Assembly: GCA_044221725.1 (NCBI GenBank) | Contig: JBGAON010000003.1 | Span: 128,001 to 192,000, forward strand | Origin: Elusimicrobiota bacterium | GTDB lineage: Bacteria > Elusimicrobiota > Elusimicrobia > F11 | DNA: 64,000 nucleotides | Reading direction: 5' to 3' | In this document: positions 17,901 through 26,236 of the stretch, one piece after another | How positions within the stretch are numbered: the stretch's first letter is position 1 | Layout: each line of letters starts with the position of its first letter | The notes under the pieces: model-generated | Told to the model about the DNA's origin: nothing | Seen by the model: the letters and a program-made list of their open reading frames with translations, nothing else | Databases searched by the model: none | Translations under genes and position numbers: made by a program

Positions 17901-19821
17901 TGATCAAAAGGAAAACTTTCTACAGAGTCTGAATCGCGTTCGCATTCAGGTGCCGGGACCAGCGGGGGGCGAGATCCTTTCGCCAGCGCAAATGATCGAA
18001 CGGTTTCAAAAGATCGAAAATCGAATTGTAAATGAGCGGTTCCGCCGAATGTCTCAAATTTTGAATAACGCGAATTACCGTTATGACACGCAATCTCGCG
18101 AAGCTAGCAAACGCGGTTGGAAAATTTCTCGGGGCACCTTTAAACGCATCTATTTCGCGGGGCCCGTCCGATTCATAAAGGGGGAATTGGCCGCTTTGGG
18201 TGGGCAACTCGATTCGTCTGTCCAGCGAACGAAAGGAGAATCCGCGGTCGTGACATTAATTCTTCAATTGGAAGAATACTCGAAGACAATATCCACGCAT
18301 TATTCGAATCCCAGCGCGGCGCAAATTGTTTTTGGGGCCTTGTTGTCGCGAATCGACGAAGGGCGCGACAATCTAAAAATTACCGCCTACGCGAATGCTC
18401 CGGGGGCTCTCTCTCGAAGAATGTGGATCGCCCTAAGAAAATGGGAAAGTTTTTCGAAAGGAAAAGAAAGTTCAAGGTCTAATCCCGCGGTCGCTGATCC
18501 GGATGCTGAAACGGCAGAAGAAGATGTTTTTGTGCACGATGGGGAATTCTTAAGGACTCTTGAACCGGTGACACCGGAGGTGCCAAATTCGAATAAAGAA
18601 ACAACCGTTAGCGGGAAATTCGCGAGCGAAGCAGCAAACCGTTCTGTCGGGCCCTCGTACGCGCACCTGATGCTGTCGTTGAAATCGTCACGAACGTATC
18701 GGTACGTAATCGGGGTACCGAAGGAAATTTATGCTATCGCGGGCGGGATTCTATTCATATTTGTTTCTGGCTCGAGTTCCGTGGCAATGTCACTGGCTGC
18801 GTTTCCTTCTGCAATGTTGGGGTATGTTTCTTCGACATCTGTATTTCGGGCCTTGCGAGCGTCGCGCGCTTCAAAGGGATTGATGTTGCCGACAGCTTGG
18901 CAGTTGGCGCTTAAGAAACGGATGGAAGAGCAAATGGAAATAGCGAGAGACTTGCTCGCGGTGGATGCAAACGTGGAAGTTATTTTTGAGAATGGAAATC
19001 GCGCGACGGCTCGCCTCGCTTACAAGCCCGGTGAAGATCGCCGGCCCGAATTTGTTCTCTTCGCAACCGAAGCTGGCCTGCAAAGAGTGCTTCGAGAAAG
19101 CGGAGACAATATGTACCTCCTTCGCCAAATGGCAAAAGCGGCGAGGGTCCCGTTGCCGGGCGACCTGACTCCCGTCCGTGACGCTGCGCGAATTGCCGAG
19201 ATGATCGCTGTTGGAAAAATCCTTGGCCGAAAATTTCCGAAAAAAATTCTTCAGAACTACGATGCCAACGTTTTTGAGGAATTTTTGGACAAAGGATTTG
19301 AAATAGTCGGAGGCAAATTCCTCAGCGAAGGCGCTGGCAACGTCATCAATCCATCCCGTCCGTACATAATTGATCGCGAATTATCGATTCCGGCAATCGC
19401 GGCACTTTTAAGAGGCATGGATCAAGTCCGCGGTTCCGAAGGAGTCAAATATTTGCCGGTTCTCATGAATTCTCAGGAGTTCTCGACGAAGTTGAAAAAA
19501 GCCGCCATGGACCCAAGCACTCGGGATGCTGCTCAATACGTCAGCCTACAGGGAAAAGCGAAAAAATTGGTGGTGTTGGGATTAGACTCGTTCAGCGGCA
19601 TACCCTACCTCGATCGCACCACGGTGAGTGGCGATGCGATCACCTATCTGTTGGAATCGTTTGCACGGCAAACCGGCCAAGCGGTCAATCCGGCCGTGTT
19701 ATCGGCTCGTCGTTTGACGTTGCCGGCCGATTTGGCCATTCAACTTATTTTTTCCGTCGACGTGATGGTGAAAGTGGGCGATAACCTTCGACTGGAACAA
19801 GTCGTGTTGGTGCAAGCCTAA
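14986..19821 (+). CDS. Large exported/membrane protein with N-terminal EreA/ChaN/TIKI-like domain
   Basis: 1611-aa ORF; signal peptide; QDVH...GLEG...RRNDAMA...GGFH pattern; internal hydrophobic segments. Product call is tentative. Confidence 0.7.
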   Translation: MGLRKPLVAVLALFYLVENVALATASESNLWSERRKSLQIAQLPFLPANAALPDSKTLLSTFPEMHQTLRASVAHGTPDWVQDAIAGHATVNETFLSQSPNAPTIFVVQDVHLHTEAQRNIAAVVDALTNAVAKKGTRMTVGLEGARSGPIDLTLFDVNADAELVKSIATGFLNVHAISGVEMAAISTPRQFNLTGVENIADYNTNVQALRDSAPKKKTALAALDELSRELTGLKKKSFDGELRRFDETNAAYETGKLGLPAYVMYLDSISPATTPNVRELVNAALIESSLNFKKVENERNRLIRSLVANLSERETKLLIGLTALLRSGDVSVSSYYEHLKNLSASHGLPLSQFPEMNLYIQYVLKTEAIHHTALFEEIKQLEELVRTKLARTDGERDMLVMTADQHLLLKLIESSMTESEWRAYEERKPAIEKTSARLAGLGIRVPISVKEMISGLQPFERFYTQALRRNDAMAKNILTTSPDVALLVVGGFHTNGVTSRLKTAGANVYVLTPTFTEGDDGPSSLEFLASGRLPLDEIFVGQKLFLPTAPVIVGAHAEVIAAIQKAVALAVEHLIADPIKASSVQTIDGEKVKVVRDGSGSAGFSVTYKNQKYQVLPAHGRDTKISWSSIANVTVPRLVSSLLGLGAAVFYVGMKAGLIHYPLQGVVATLLTATLVFVASQVEEEIHYRLRKVEFAQQFREKMAQLENQRNLDSKALRKALRAYAERNAPVRRLLRVDNSGPSIRVYAFGQIGFFAALSAASIAFAAFTPNFLRSIGILLPFVFLFSFGNEEALAENGWIRRGLRILRTNAKEGFGEAVAERAEPLFKLNDPMRLTRGRDGNLTFDTFTTDRAAHMAALKQNKDVEIGNLKEGLSALLHVAWLAAKDKKFARRFFDRIKWVGDNSDSFEKVIKPIFRNAIFYVDTHVGDLNSLLYQHAGTEYEDIALNVRAPVYAAFAFVNRLKDDDYVSDDQKENFLQSLNRVRIQVPGPAGGEILSPAQMIERFQKIENRIVNERFRRMSQILNNANYRYDTQSREASKRGWKISRGTFKRIYFAGPVRFIKGELAALGGQLDSSVQRTKGESAVVTLILQLEEYSKTISTHYSNPSAAQIVFGALLSRIDEGRDNLKITAYANAPGALSRRMWIALRKWESFSKGKESSRSNPAVADPDAETAEEDVFVHDGEFLRTLEPVTPEVPNSNKETTVSGKFASEAANRSVGPSYAHLMLSLKSSRTYRYVIGVPKEIYAIAGGILFIFVSGSSSVAMSLAAFPSAMLGYVSSTSVFRALRASRASKGLMLPTAWQLALKKRMEEQMEIARDLLAVDANVEVIFENGNRATARLAYKPGEDRRPEFVLFATEAGLQRVLRESGDNMYLLRQMAKAARVPLPGDLTPVRDAARIAEMIAVGKILGRKFPKKILQNYDANVFEEFLDKGFEIVGGKFLSEGAGNVINPSRPYIIDRELSIPAIAALLRGMDQVRGSEGVKYLPVLMNSQEFSTKLKKAAMDPSTRDAAQYVSLQGKAKKLVVLGLDSFSGIPYLDRTTVSGDAITYLLESFARQTGQAVNPAVLSARRLTLPADLAIQLIFSVDVMVKVGDNLRLEQVVLVQA

Positions 19822-19832
19822 AAAAGAATTAC

Positions 19833-21461
19833 CTAAAACGCCTGGCCAGTTCCAAACGTCACCACGAACTTCGCGTCATCGGGGTTGATGCGTTGCGGCC
19901 GATAGGACAAATCCAAGCGAATGATAACTTCGTTCGAAGAGTGGGTTAGCCCAAAACGCAATCCGGCGCCAATATCGCTTTTCAGTTTCGAGAGCGCTAT
20001 CGGTTCGTTTTCAGCCCACACATAACCTGTGTCATAAAATACCGCAGCGCCAAGCGAAACCAAGTTCCAGAGTTCGTCGATTAAAAACATTCGATCTTCA
20101 AGATTGAGGACCCAGCCTTTGTTCCCAATAATGCTGTCCACAGGAAACGCTCGCAATCCGTTGTCTCCGCCGAGTTTCACTTCGTTGTCCGGGTCCAGTT
20201 TGTCGCCCCAATCGGCGCGCGTGTTAATCACCATGGTGTGAAAGTCGCTGGCCCGGTTGTAGTGTTTAAGCTGAATGCCATAGCGCTGATTTTCGCCGTT
20301 TTCGAATGGATTTCGCCCCGAATAGGAGTAGCGCTGAAAAAGCATTTTCTGCTTCGACATCGTGCGTTTCTCAAACGAAGCTTCCGCTTCTGGTTTGTTG
20401 CCGGAACCGGTGAGAGCGTGAGGGGAAAAACCGGGGGACAGCGCGAGAATAGGACCGAGATTGATGTCTTCGACGCGCGTCATTTTTTCGAGATGAGTTG
20501 CTTCGATGAAGGCGCTGCGTTGCCCCATATAGTCGAGGAAAATCGTCTGAAGGTTTTCGCCTCCCGGAACATCCCGGCCCGGTGCCGTCTGACTGTTTCG
20601 TTCGTAATCGGTGACGATACGTTTGTAGCGCAAGCCCAAGCGGTTAACCACATCGCGCCCGCCGCCCAGTTTTATGCCGCCGAAAACCTCGTTCGTCTGT
20701 TTTGTTTGTTGAAAACGGGATACGAGCACATTGTTTTCGTGTTCGCTCAGGACTTGCTGTTGCCAATCATTCGTGGCCCGCGCGGACCATTTTGTGTCGG
20801 TGGCGTAAAACGGACGTTCGAGTTTTAATAGCCGCTCCTCGCCCTCGGTTTTATTCGTGAGAGACGCGTTTAGTTGCCACCGAGATCCGAGCAACCGAGG
20901 ATCAAAATAGGTGTATTGGCGTTGGGTAAAGTTATCGCCTCTCTTGTAAAAAATCCCGATGGTTTTACCGTATCCCAACAAATTCTTTTCTTTGAAACCA
21001 AATTCGGTGCTGTTAATTTTGTTTTGCCCACCGAGATTGATTTGCGGTTCGGTTGTCCATGCATCGTTCACATGCACGACGAGAGCAACCGAACCGTCGC
21101 GCTGAGGAAACTTGGCTACGCGTGCCGCTCGAATAAAAGAAAGCGCGCGAAGATTCCTCTCGGTTTCGCTGAGCAAGAAAGGATCCAAGCGGTCGCCCAC
21201 TTTAAATAAAAGTTCTTGGCGAATAACTTCTTCCTTGGTCTTTATGTGCAGGAAGTTGATGGTGTTATAAGGAAACCGGTTCAACGACACGTTTGTGTCC
21301 ATGTCGAAGATATCGGTGCCCCGAATGGTAATCCGCGAAATAACCGGAGAGGATTTGGACGTTGCTGCGGCAGCCCTTATTGCAAACGTACTTCCGATAA
21401 GAATCGCTACGAAGAACGACCGAAAAAGCGCCGAGGATGATGCGAAGGTATTTCCGAGCAA
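19833..21461 (-). CDS. Omp85 (BamA/TamA family) protein
   Basis: Signal peptide; POTRA-like TKEEVIRQELL...ETERNLRAL; EKNLLGYG; LGGDNGLRAF lid-lock motif; FYDTG; C-terminal GQAF. Confidence 0.85.
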   Translation of the reverse strand: MLGNTFASSSALFRSFFVAILIGSTFAIRAAAATSKSSPVISRITIRGTDIFDMDTNVSLNRFPYNTINFLHIKTKEEVIRQELLFKVGDRLDPFLLSETERNLRALSFIRAARVAKFPQRDGSVALVVHVNDAWTTEPQINLGGQNKINSTEFGFKEKNLLGYGKTIGIFYKRGDNFTQRQYTYFDPRLLGSRWQLNASLTNKTEGEERLLKLERPFYATDTKWSARATNDWQQQVLSEHENNVLVSRFQQTKQTNEVFGGIKLGGGRDVVNRLGLRYKRIVTDYERNSQTAPGRDVPGGENLQTIFLDYMGQRSAFIEATHLEKMTRVEDINLGPILALSPGFSPHALTGSGNKPEAEASFEKRTMSKQKMLFQRYSYSGRNPFENGENQRYGIQLKHYNRASDFHTMVINTRADWGDKLDPDNEVKLGGDNGLRAFPVDSIIGNKGWVLNLEDRMFLIDELWNLVSLGAAVFYDTGYVWAENEPIALSKLKSDIGAGLRFGLTHSSNEVIIRLDLSYRPQRINPDDAKFVVTFGTGQAF

Positions 21462-21474
21462 GGGGGGCTTGGTT

Positions 21475-21852
21475 TTATCGTGCGACCACTACGGTTCCTG
21501 TCGCTTGGTGGGTGCCGAGGACAAATGAATAAATGTAAATCCCTGATGGCGCCACACGTCCGCCGTCGTCCTTCCCATCCCACAGCATGGCCGTTTCCGT
21601 CGAGTCGAGCGTTGTGTGGGCAACTTTGGCTCCATTGAGGTCGAAAATGTTGCCCTCGAGCGGGAGGCCAGAGATGGTGTCATCGAATTTGAAGTATACA
21701 ACGTCGTTCAAAAGGTCTCCGTTCGGTGTAATGACGCGAGGGGCAACCTCAATTAACGAGATGCCGCCCAACGATTGGGAAGACGCGCCTGCAAACGCGA
21801 GCCACGGAAGCGTCAGTGCTGCCAGTGTGGCCAAAATAACTCGACTTTTCAT
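21475..21852 (-). CDS. Stand-alone T9SS-type C-terminal sorting / FlgD-Ig domain protein
   Basis: Signal peptide followed directly by ITPNGDLLND...IFDLNGAKV...WDGKDDGG...SGIYIY...GTVVVAR. Confidence 0.8.
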   Translation of the reverse strand: MKSRVILATLAALTLPWLAFAGASSQSLGGISLIEVAPRVITPNGDLLNDVVYFKFDDTISGLPLEGNIFDLNGAKVAHTTLDSTETAMLWDGKDDGGRVAPSGIYIYSFVLGTHQATGTVVVAR

Positions 21853-21890
21853 AACGTTTTCGTACCGAGCATATCTTTATTCGGTTTCCA

Positions 21891-23468
21891 TTATTTTAAA
21901 AGTTTCATTTCGTCTTCCGCGGACGATACGTCGATACCGCTGCCTTTGTATTTCTGAATGATACGTTCGAGCATGCCACGACGCTCGTCCGTGCTCGCTC
22001 CTTGTTGAACGAGTCGACGATAGAAATTCATCGATAGATCAAAGTCCTTCTTCGCTTTGTTCTCGTCGCCCTTCAAGCTCTTTAATTCCCGTTGAACGGT
22101 CGACAAATCAACACCTTTGCCGGCAAATTCGGTCATAATTTTTTCGAGCGTGTGACGTTTCTCCTCGAGCGATATCCCTTGTGTTACTTTTTCGTTGTAA
22201 TCGGCGAGAGCCGCTGTGTAGCTGTTGAAGACAGTACGTTTTTGTGTCGTTGCCGTTTGAACGGCCGCGCGTTCTTTTTGCGCGCGCGCTTCTTGGTCTT
22301 GAGCTTCCTTGAGTGCGAGTTCCGACGCTTTGCGCTCGGCTTCCTGTTCGGCTTGCGTTTTTGCTTCGGTTAACGCATAGAGCTGTTTCTTGAGCCGATC
22401 GGCTTCCGCTTTCGCGTAGCGAGCTTCGGTTTCGGCGCGGATGCGGTCCTCTTTCTCTTTGATCAGTTGTTTTTCAATCGGATCGACCGGCGGCTTGCCG
22501 AGACGAACCGTCAACGAAACTTGCTGGATTCCAAGCGTACCGGAAATACCTTCGAGCGGGAGAACCGTTGCGTAGTCGAGTTGGATGGATTCCATCTTGT
22601 ATGACGCACCGAACGAAATTGATGAATAACTGCGGGAAGCTGAAGCCGCTCCTGCGCGCAATCCAAAACCGTTTTTGAACCATTTTTCTCCGCCAAGCGC
22701 GAAACGTAGATTGTTGTCGACGGATGTCCAGTTCGTCACTTCGACGCCAATGCAGCCCGAACGCCAACGGCGCGCAATCGACCCGGTGTAGATAGCCGGC
22801 ACCTTGTCTTTGCCACCCCCCAGCCCGACGTCCGGACTGTTTATGTTGCGCGCGGTCAGCCCGAGAGCATACGCTTGATTAAGCCGATATTGAAAACCAA
22901 GGTCAAGTGCAACGGCCGATGCCGAGCGGCTTTTGGCGAGCAACGGGTCCGCGGTGCCAGTTGCATTTCCAGTGATGGGGTTGATTGCGTTCGAAGAATA
23001 TTCGTCCGAGCCGATTGATTTTTTTAGAAGTTTTACCGAACCACCAAAATTCCATTTGTGACGGAAGTCGCGTCCGTAGGTGATTCCAATCGATTCCTCT
23101 TTGTAGAGCCCCGGCAATTCCATGGATAGATAACTGGCGCCAATGCCGCCGTGTTTTCCAAGCTCGCCCAGCGGTTGGCCATAGCCAAGGAAAATGCGGC
23201 TGATTTGCGAATGATCGGAGAGACCCGGATACAGCTGCGAATAGTAGCTGCCGATCTCCGGACGGTTCAGTTGAAGAATTCCGGCCGGGTTGTAGTAAAC
23301 AGAGTAGACATCGTCCACGATAGCGGAATAGGCTTCTCCCATTCCTGCGGCGCGGCCACCGACAGGAAGAGGCTCAAAAGACGCGTAAGAAATGGCAGAA
23401 AACCACAGGGATAGAAACGCAGGAAGAAGAAGGGTGTACGAGAACTTGAATTCCGCTGTGAACTTCAT
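21891..23468 (-). CDS. PorV/PorP-like beta-barrel with coiled-coil stalk and two 53-aa C-terminal repeats
   Basis: Signal peptide; GGRAAGMGEAY...YYNPAG; barrel ending DYA...QQVSLTVRLG; E/K/A-rich coiled coil; duplicated helical domain. Confidence 0.75.
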   Translation of the reverse strand: MKFTAEFKFSYTLLLPAFLSLWFSAISYASFEPLPVGGRAAGMGEAYSAIVDDVYSVYYNPAGILQLNRPEIGSYYSQLYPGLSDHSQISRIFLGYGQPLGELGKHGGIGASYLSMELPGLYKEESIGITYGRDFRHKWNFGGSVKLLKKSIGSDEYSSNAINPITGNATGTADPLLAKSRSASAVALDLGFQYRLNQAYALGLTARNINSPDVGLGGGKDKVPAIYTGSIARRWRSGCIGVEVTNWTSVDNNLRFALGGEKWFKNGFGLRAGAASASRSYSSISFGASYKMESIQLDYATVLPLEGISGTLGIQQVSLTVRLGKPPVDPIEKQLIKEKEDRIRAETEARYAKAEADRLKKQLYALTEAKTQAEQEAERKASELALKEAQDQEARAQKERAAVQTATTQKRTVFNSYTAALADYNEKVTQGISLEEKRHTLEKIMTEFAGKGVDLSTVQRELKSLKGDENKAKKDFDLSMNFYRRLVQQGASTDERRGMLERIIQKYKGSGIDVSSAEDEMKLLK

Positions 23469-23474
23469 GTTCTA

Positions 23475-23502
23475 AGTGTAAAGTCACAGGGGTATTATTC
23501 AA
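23475..23502 (-). promoter_or_regulatory. Sigma70-type promoter giving a probable leaderless mRNA
   Basis: TTGAAT-N16-TACACT-N6-ATG on the minus strand. Confidence 0.6.
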
Positions 23503-23628
23503 GGCTGCCATCAATTTTTCACAAAATAATCGAGTTGATTTTTAGAGGGAAAGATTACGAGCGGCAACTTTCTGTCGGGGGAATCCGTAGTGCGATTAAG
23601 TTTTCAGCTTTAGGAAATCCGTGCACGA

Positions 23629-24564
23629 TTAATTTGTGCTCGAAGAACCCAATTTGTAACCGATGGAGATCCGGTGGGAGAGTCCAAGATCACCGAAAGG
23701 TGAGACCGAATAGTCTAAATTAAACCGGTTGAGTTGCATGCCCAAACCAGCGTTAAGGCCCGCCAGTCCGCCCAGATCCGCGCTCTGCCCGGGAGTTGCT
23801 TCGTAACCGCCGCGAACCGCGAACGCGGGGGTGAGGTGATACTCTGCACCGAGGTGCAGGGAGACGTTTGCGTCGTTCGGTTTGGAGGCTTCGAGCGCCA
23901 CGAGGAGCCGTTCGTTTAGCACATGTGTCGACGCTCCAAGCCGAACCGTGGCGGGCAGCGGTGAAGAGTCCTTCACGAGCTTCATGCTAGGTCCCAGATG
24001 TTGAACAACACCGCTAAAATTCATGTTGTTTCTTTTGTAGAGAATGCCAAGGTCCGCGGCGAAAGTGGACGCTTTTTCGCTCTCAATCGATTCCGAAACA
24101 TATTTCAAATTCGCGCCCACCAACAAGTTGTCCTGAATTTTCTTGGCTGCTGAGATGCTTCCAGCGAGCGATCCGGCATTGAACGATCCGTCTTTTGTGT
24201 CGCTCGCGGTATACCGGTCGATCGTTCCATAATCAAGACGGTAAACGGATGCGCCCAACACAAAACCTGCCATCGGTGATACGGCGCCGATATATTGAAA
24301 ATTTGTGTTATCAAAATGGCTGTTCTGCATGGCGCCAATTTCGGTGGATTCAAGTTGAGCCAATCCGGCCGGATTCCAGTACGTTGCCGTCACATCGTCA
24401 GCGACGGAAGAAAACGCGTTTGCCATGCCGGTTGCGCGGGCGCCGACGCTGAGTTTCAAAAACTGGGCCGCGGAAGTACCCGTCGCGAAAGTGTTTGATG
24501 CGGCCATCATCATAATCGCTGCTATCACCGCTGCCACTGAGCTGTTCGTATTCGTCCTCTTCAT
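23629..24564 (-). CDS. PorV/PorQ family outer-membrane beta-barrel
   Basis: Signal peptide; AQFLKLSVGARATGMANAF...YWNPAGL; DYSVSPFGDLGLSHRISIGYK. Confidence 0.85.
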   Translation of the reverse strand: MKRTNTNSSVAAVIAAIMMMAASNTFATGTSAAQFLKLSVGARATGMANAFSSVADDVTATYWNPAGLAQLESTEIGAMQNSHFDNTNFQYIGAVSPMAGFVLGASVYRLDYGTIDRYTASDTKDGSFNAGSLAGSISAAKKIQDNLLVGANLKYVSESIESEKASTFAADLGILYKRNNMNFSGVVQHLGPSMKLVKDSSPLPATVRLGASTHVLNERLLVALEASKPNDANVSLHLGAEYHLTPAFAVRGGYEATPGQSADLGGLAGLNAGLGMQLNRFNLDYSVSPFGDLGLSHRISIGYKLGSSSTN

Positions 24565-24760
24565 GCTCAAAGCCTAAAAGAGAACCATGACAGATCAGTG
24601 ACCCCAAAAAGATAGATACGAGAAACTTGCGGCACGTAAAAGAGGAATTATGCGAGGAGACCGGAGAGCAACAGGAAGCCAATGTGAGCTTTAAGTTTAA
24701 GCAATCGAGGCGTCATTACGAGGCAATTGCTGGATTGTAAAAGGTCACATCAGGATTTTC

Positions 24761-26236
24761 TTAGCGGAGAACGGCGATTTTGCCTTGTTTTTTGTGACCG
24801 GCGGAATCGGTGATCAGAAAATAATAAACACCGGACGCTACTTGCTTTCCATCGTCGTTTACGGCCATCCATTTCAAGGTCGTTGAGCCAACAGCCGCTT
24901 CTTTATTAAAAACTGGTTCGCCGGCCACTGTAAAAATTTGCACTTTTGCGCCGGGCGTCAGATTCGTGAAGGTGACGTCGCTATGGCCCAAATTTGAGTT
25001 TGGCTTGAACGGATTCGGATAGGCGTGCGCGTCGTCCAGTGTAGAAGGGGTTATTCCACTGCTGGTCGGACCCGAACCTGACGCGCTGGAAAATACCGTG
25101 GAGACGCGCAATTGGACGTCCTGTGCTGCGATGGCTTGCGCCGTTTGGCTTGTGTTTTGGGGTATTAGCACCTGAAAATTTTCTTGGGCGCTGTCGAAGT
25201 TGCCGTCCACCGGAGTTGCGATAGCCCATGTTCCGTCTTTTAGTCGATACTCCACCTTCGCAATCGTATCGACGGAGAAACCATATCCTTGGGAGTTCGA
25301 CTGGCGTGGCAGAATCGACACGGCTGCTTGGCCCGTAAAAGCGGTGCTTCCCGACGTTGCGGACTGGGACGGTTGTGGCGTGAGTGTGACCCTTGGAGAT
25401 TGATCGAGAATATCATCACGACCGTTTTTGTCGCTATCGCGCCACCCGATCGCGAGCTTGGCCCAATCGTCGAGCCCCCAACGAATACCACCGCGCATGA
25501 TAGAGTCTGGGGCGTTCGCCTTTGAAGAGTAAGCATGGTTGCCGTTTATCGTCGGAAAATAGCCGTCGGTATAATCGTTCGGGCCGCTGGCTCCGGCGTA
25601 TTCGTCGAGCGCGTGGAAGATATGTCCCATTTCGTGCGCCGCTACCACGTTCATGTTGCTGATGCCATATCCGTCGTTGTCGTATGTCATTACAGCAAAT
25701 GGTCCGCCGAGATAAGCATACGCAAACAACCCGTCCGCAAACATTCCATTGGAATCCTTTAGACTATCGACGACAAATATGACGTAGCCCCAATCTGTCT
25801 TGTACTGTTTACGAAGGTCGTTTACATAAGCGCGTGTCGCGGAAAACCGTGTTCCGCTGTAACCCACCTTGCTCATGATGTCGGGGATCCAAAGCGACTC
25901 GTCGTAATAAGGTCGATTTATAGGCTCGTATTTTGTGGCGACCGTTCGTGAAACAACCGTAAAGCTGACAGGCGACCTGGGATTTTGCTTTGTCCACCAA
26001 TCGAGACCCGACATAATTTGGCTGAGCACCTGCGCTTTGCGATCGTCGCTCCAGTCTTCGGTGTTCGCGTCCTGGGTTCCATCCGATTCCGGGAAAATCA
26101 CAGAGACCACGACGCTTCCCATTAAAAAATCGCTTGTGTAATTCGATTGGTCGAGGCCGACGCTGCTCAGTTTCGCATGCACCGGTTGCATCATCGTGAG
26201 CGCCAGCGCCGCTGCAATGACTGTTTTCTGTTTCAT
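24761..26236 (-). CDS. Secreted metzincin-like Zn protease with T9SS type A-like C-terminal domain
   Basis: Signal peptide; HEMGHIFHALDEY zinc motif; SIM Met-turn; CTD AYPNPFKP...IFTVAGE...SGVYYFLI...GKIAVLR. Confidence 0.82.
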   Translation of the reverse strand: MKQKTVIAAALALTMMQPVHAKLSSVGLDQSNYTSDFLMGSVVVSVIFPESDGTQDANTEDWSDDRKAQVLSQIMSGLDWWTKQNPRSPVSFTVVSRTVATKYEPINRPYYDESLWIPDIMSKVGYSGTRFSATRAYVNDLRKQYKTDWGYVIFVVDSLKDSNGMFADGLFAYAYLGGPFAVMTYDNDGYGISNMNVVAAHEMGHIFHALDEYAGASGPNDYTDGYFPTINGNHAYSSKANAPDSIMRGGIRWGLDDWAKLAIGWRDSDKNGRDDILDQSPRVTLTPQPSQSATSGSTAFTGQAAVSILPRQSNSQGYGFSVDTIAKVEYRLKDGTWAIATPVDGNFDSAQENFQVLIPQNTSQTAQAIAAQDVQLRVSTVFSSASGSGPTSSGITPSTLDDAHAYPNPFKPNSNLGHSDVTFTNLTPGAKVQIFTVAGEPVFNKEAAVGSTTLKWMAVNDDGKQVASGVYYFLITDSAGHKKQGKIAVLR

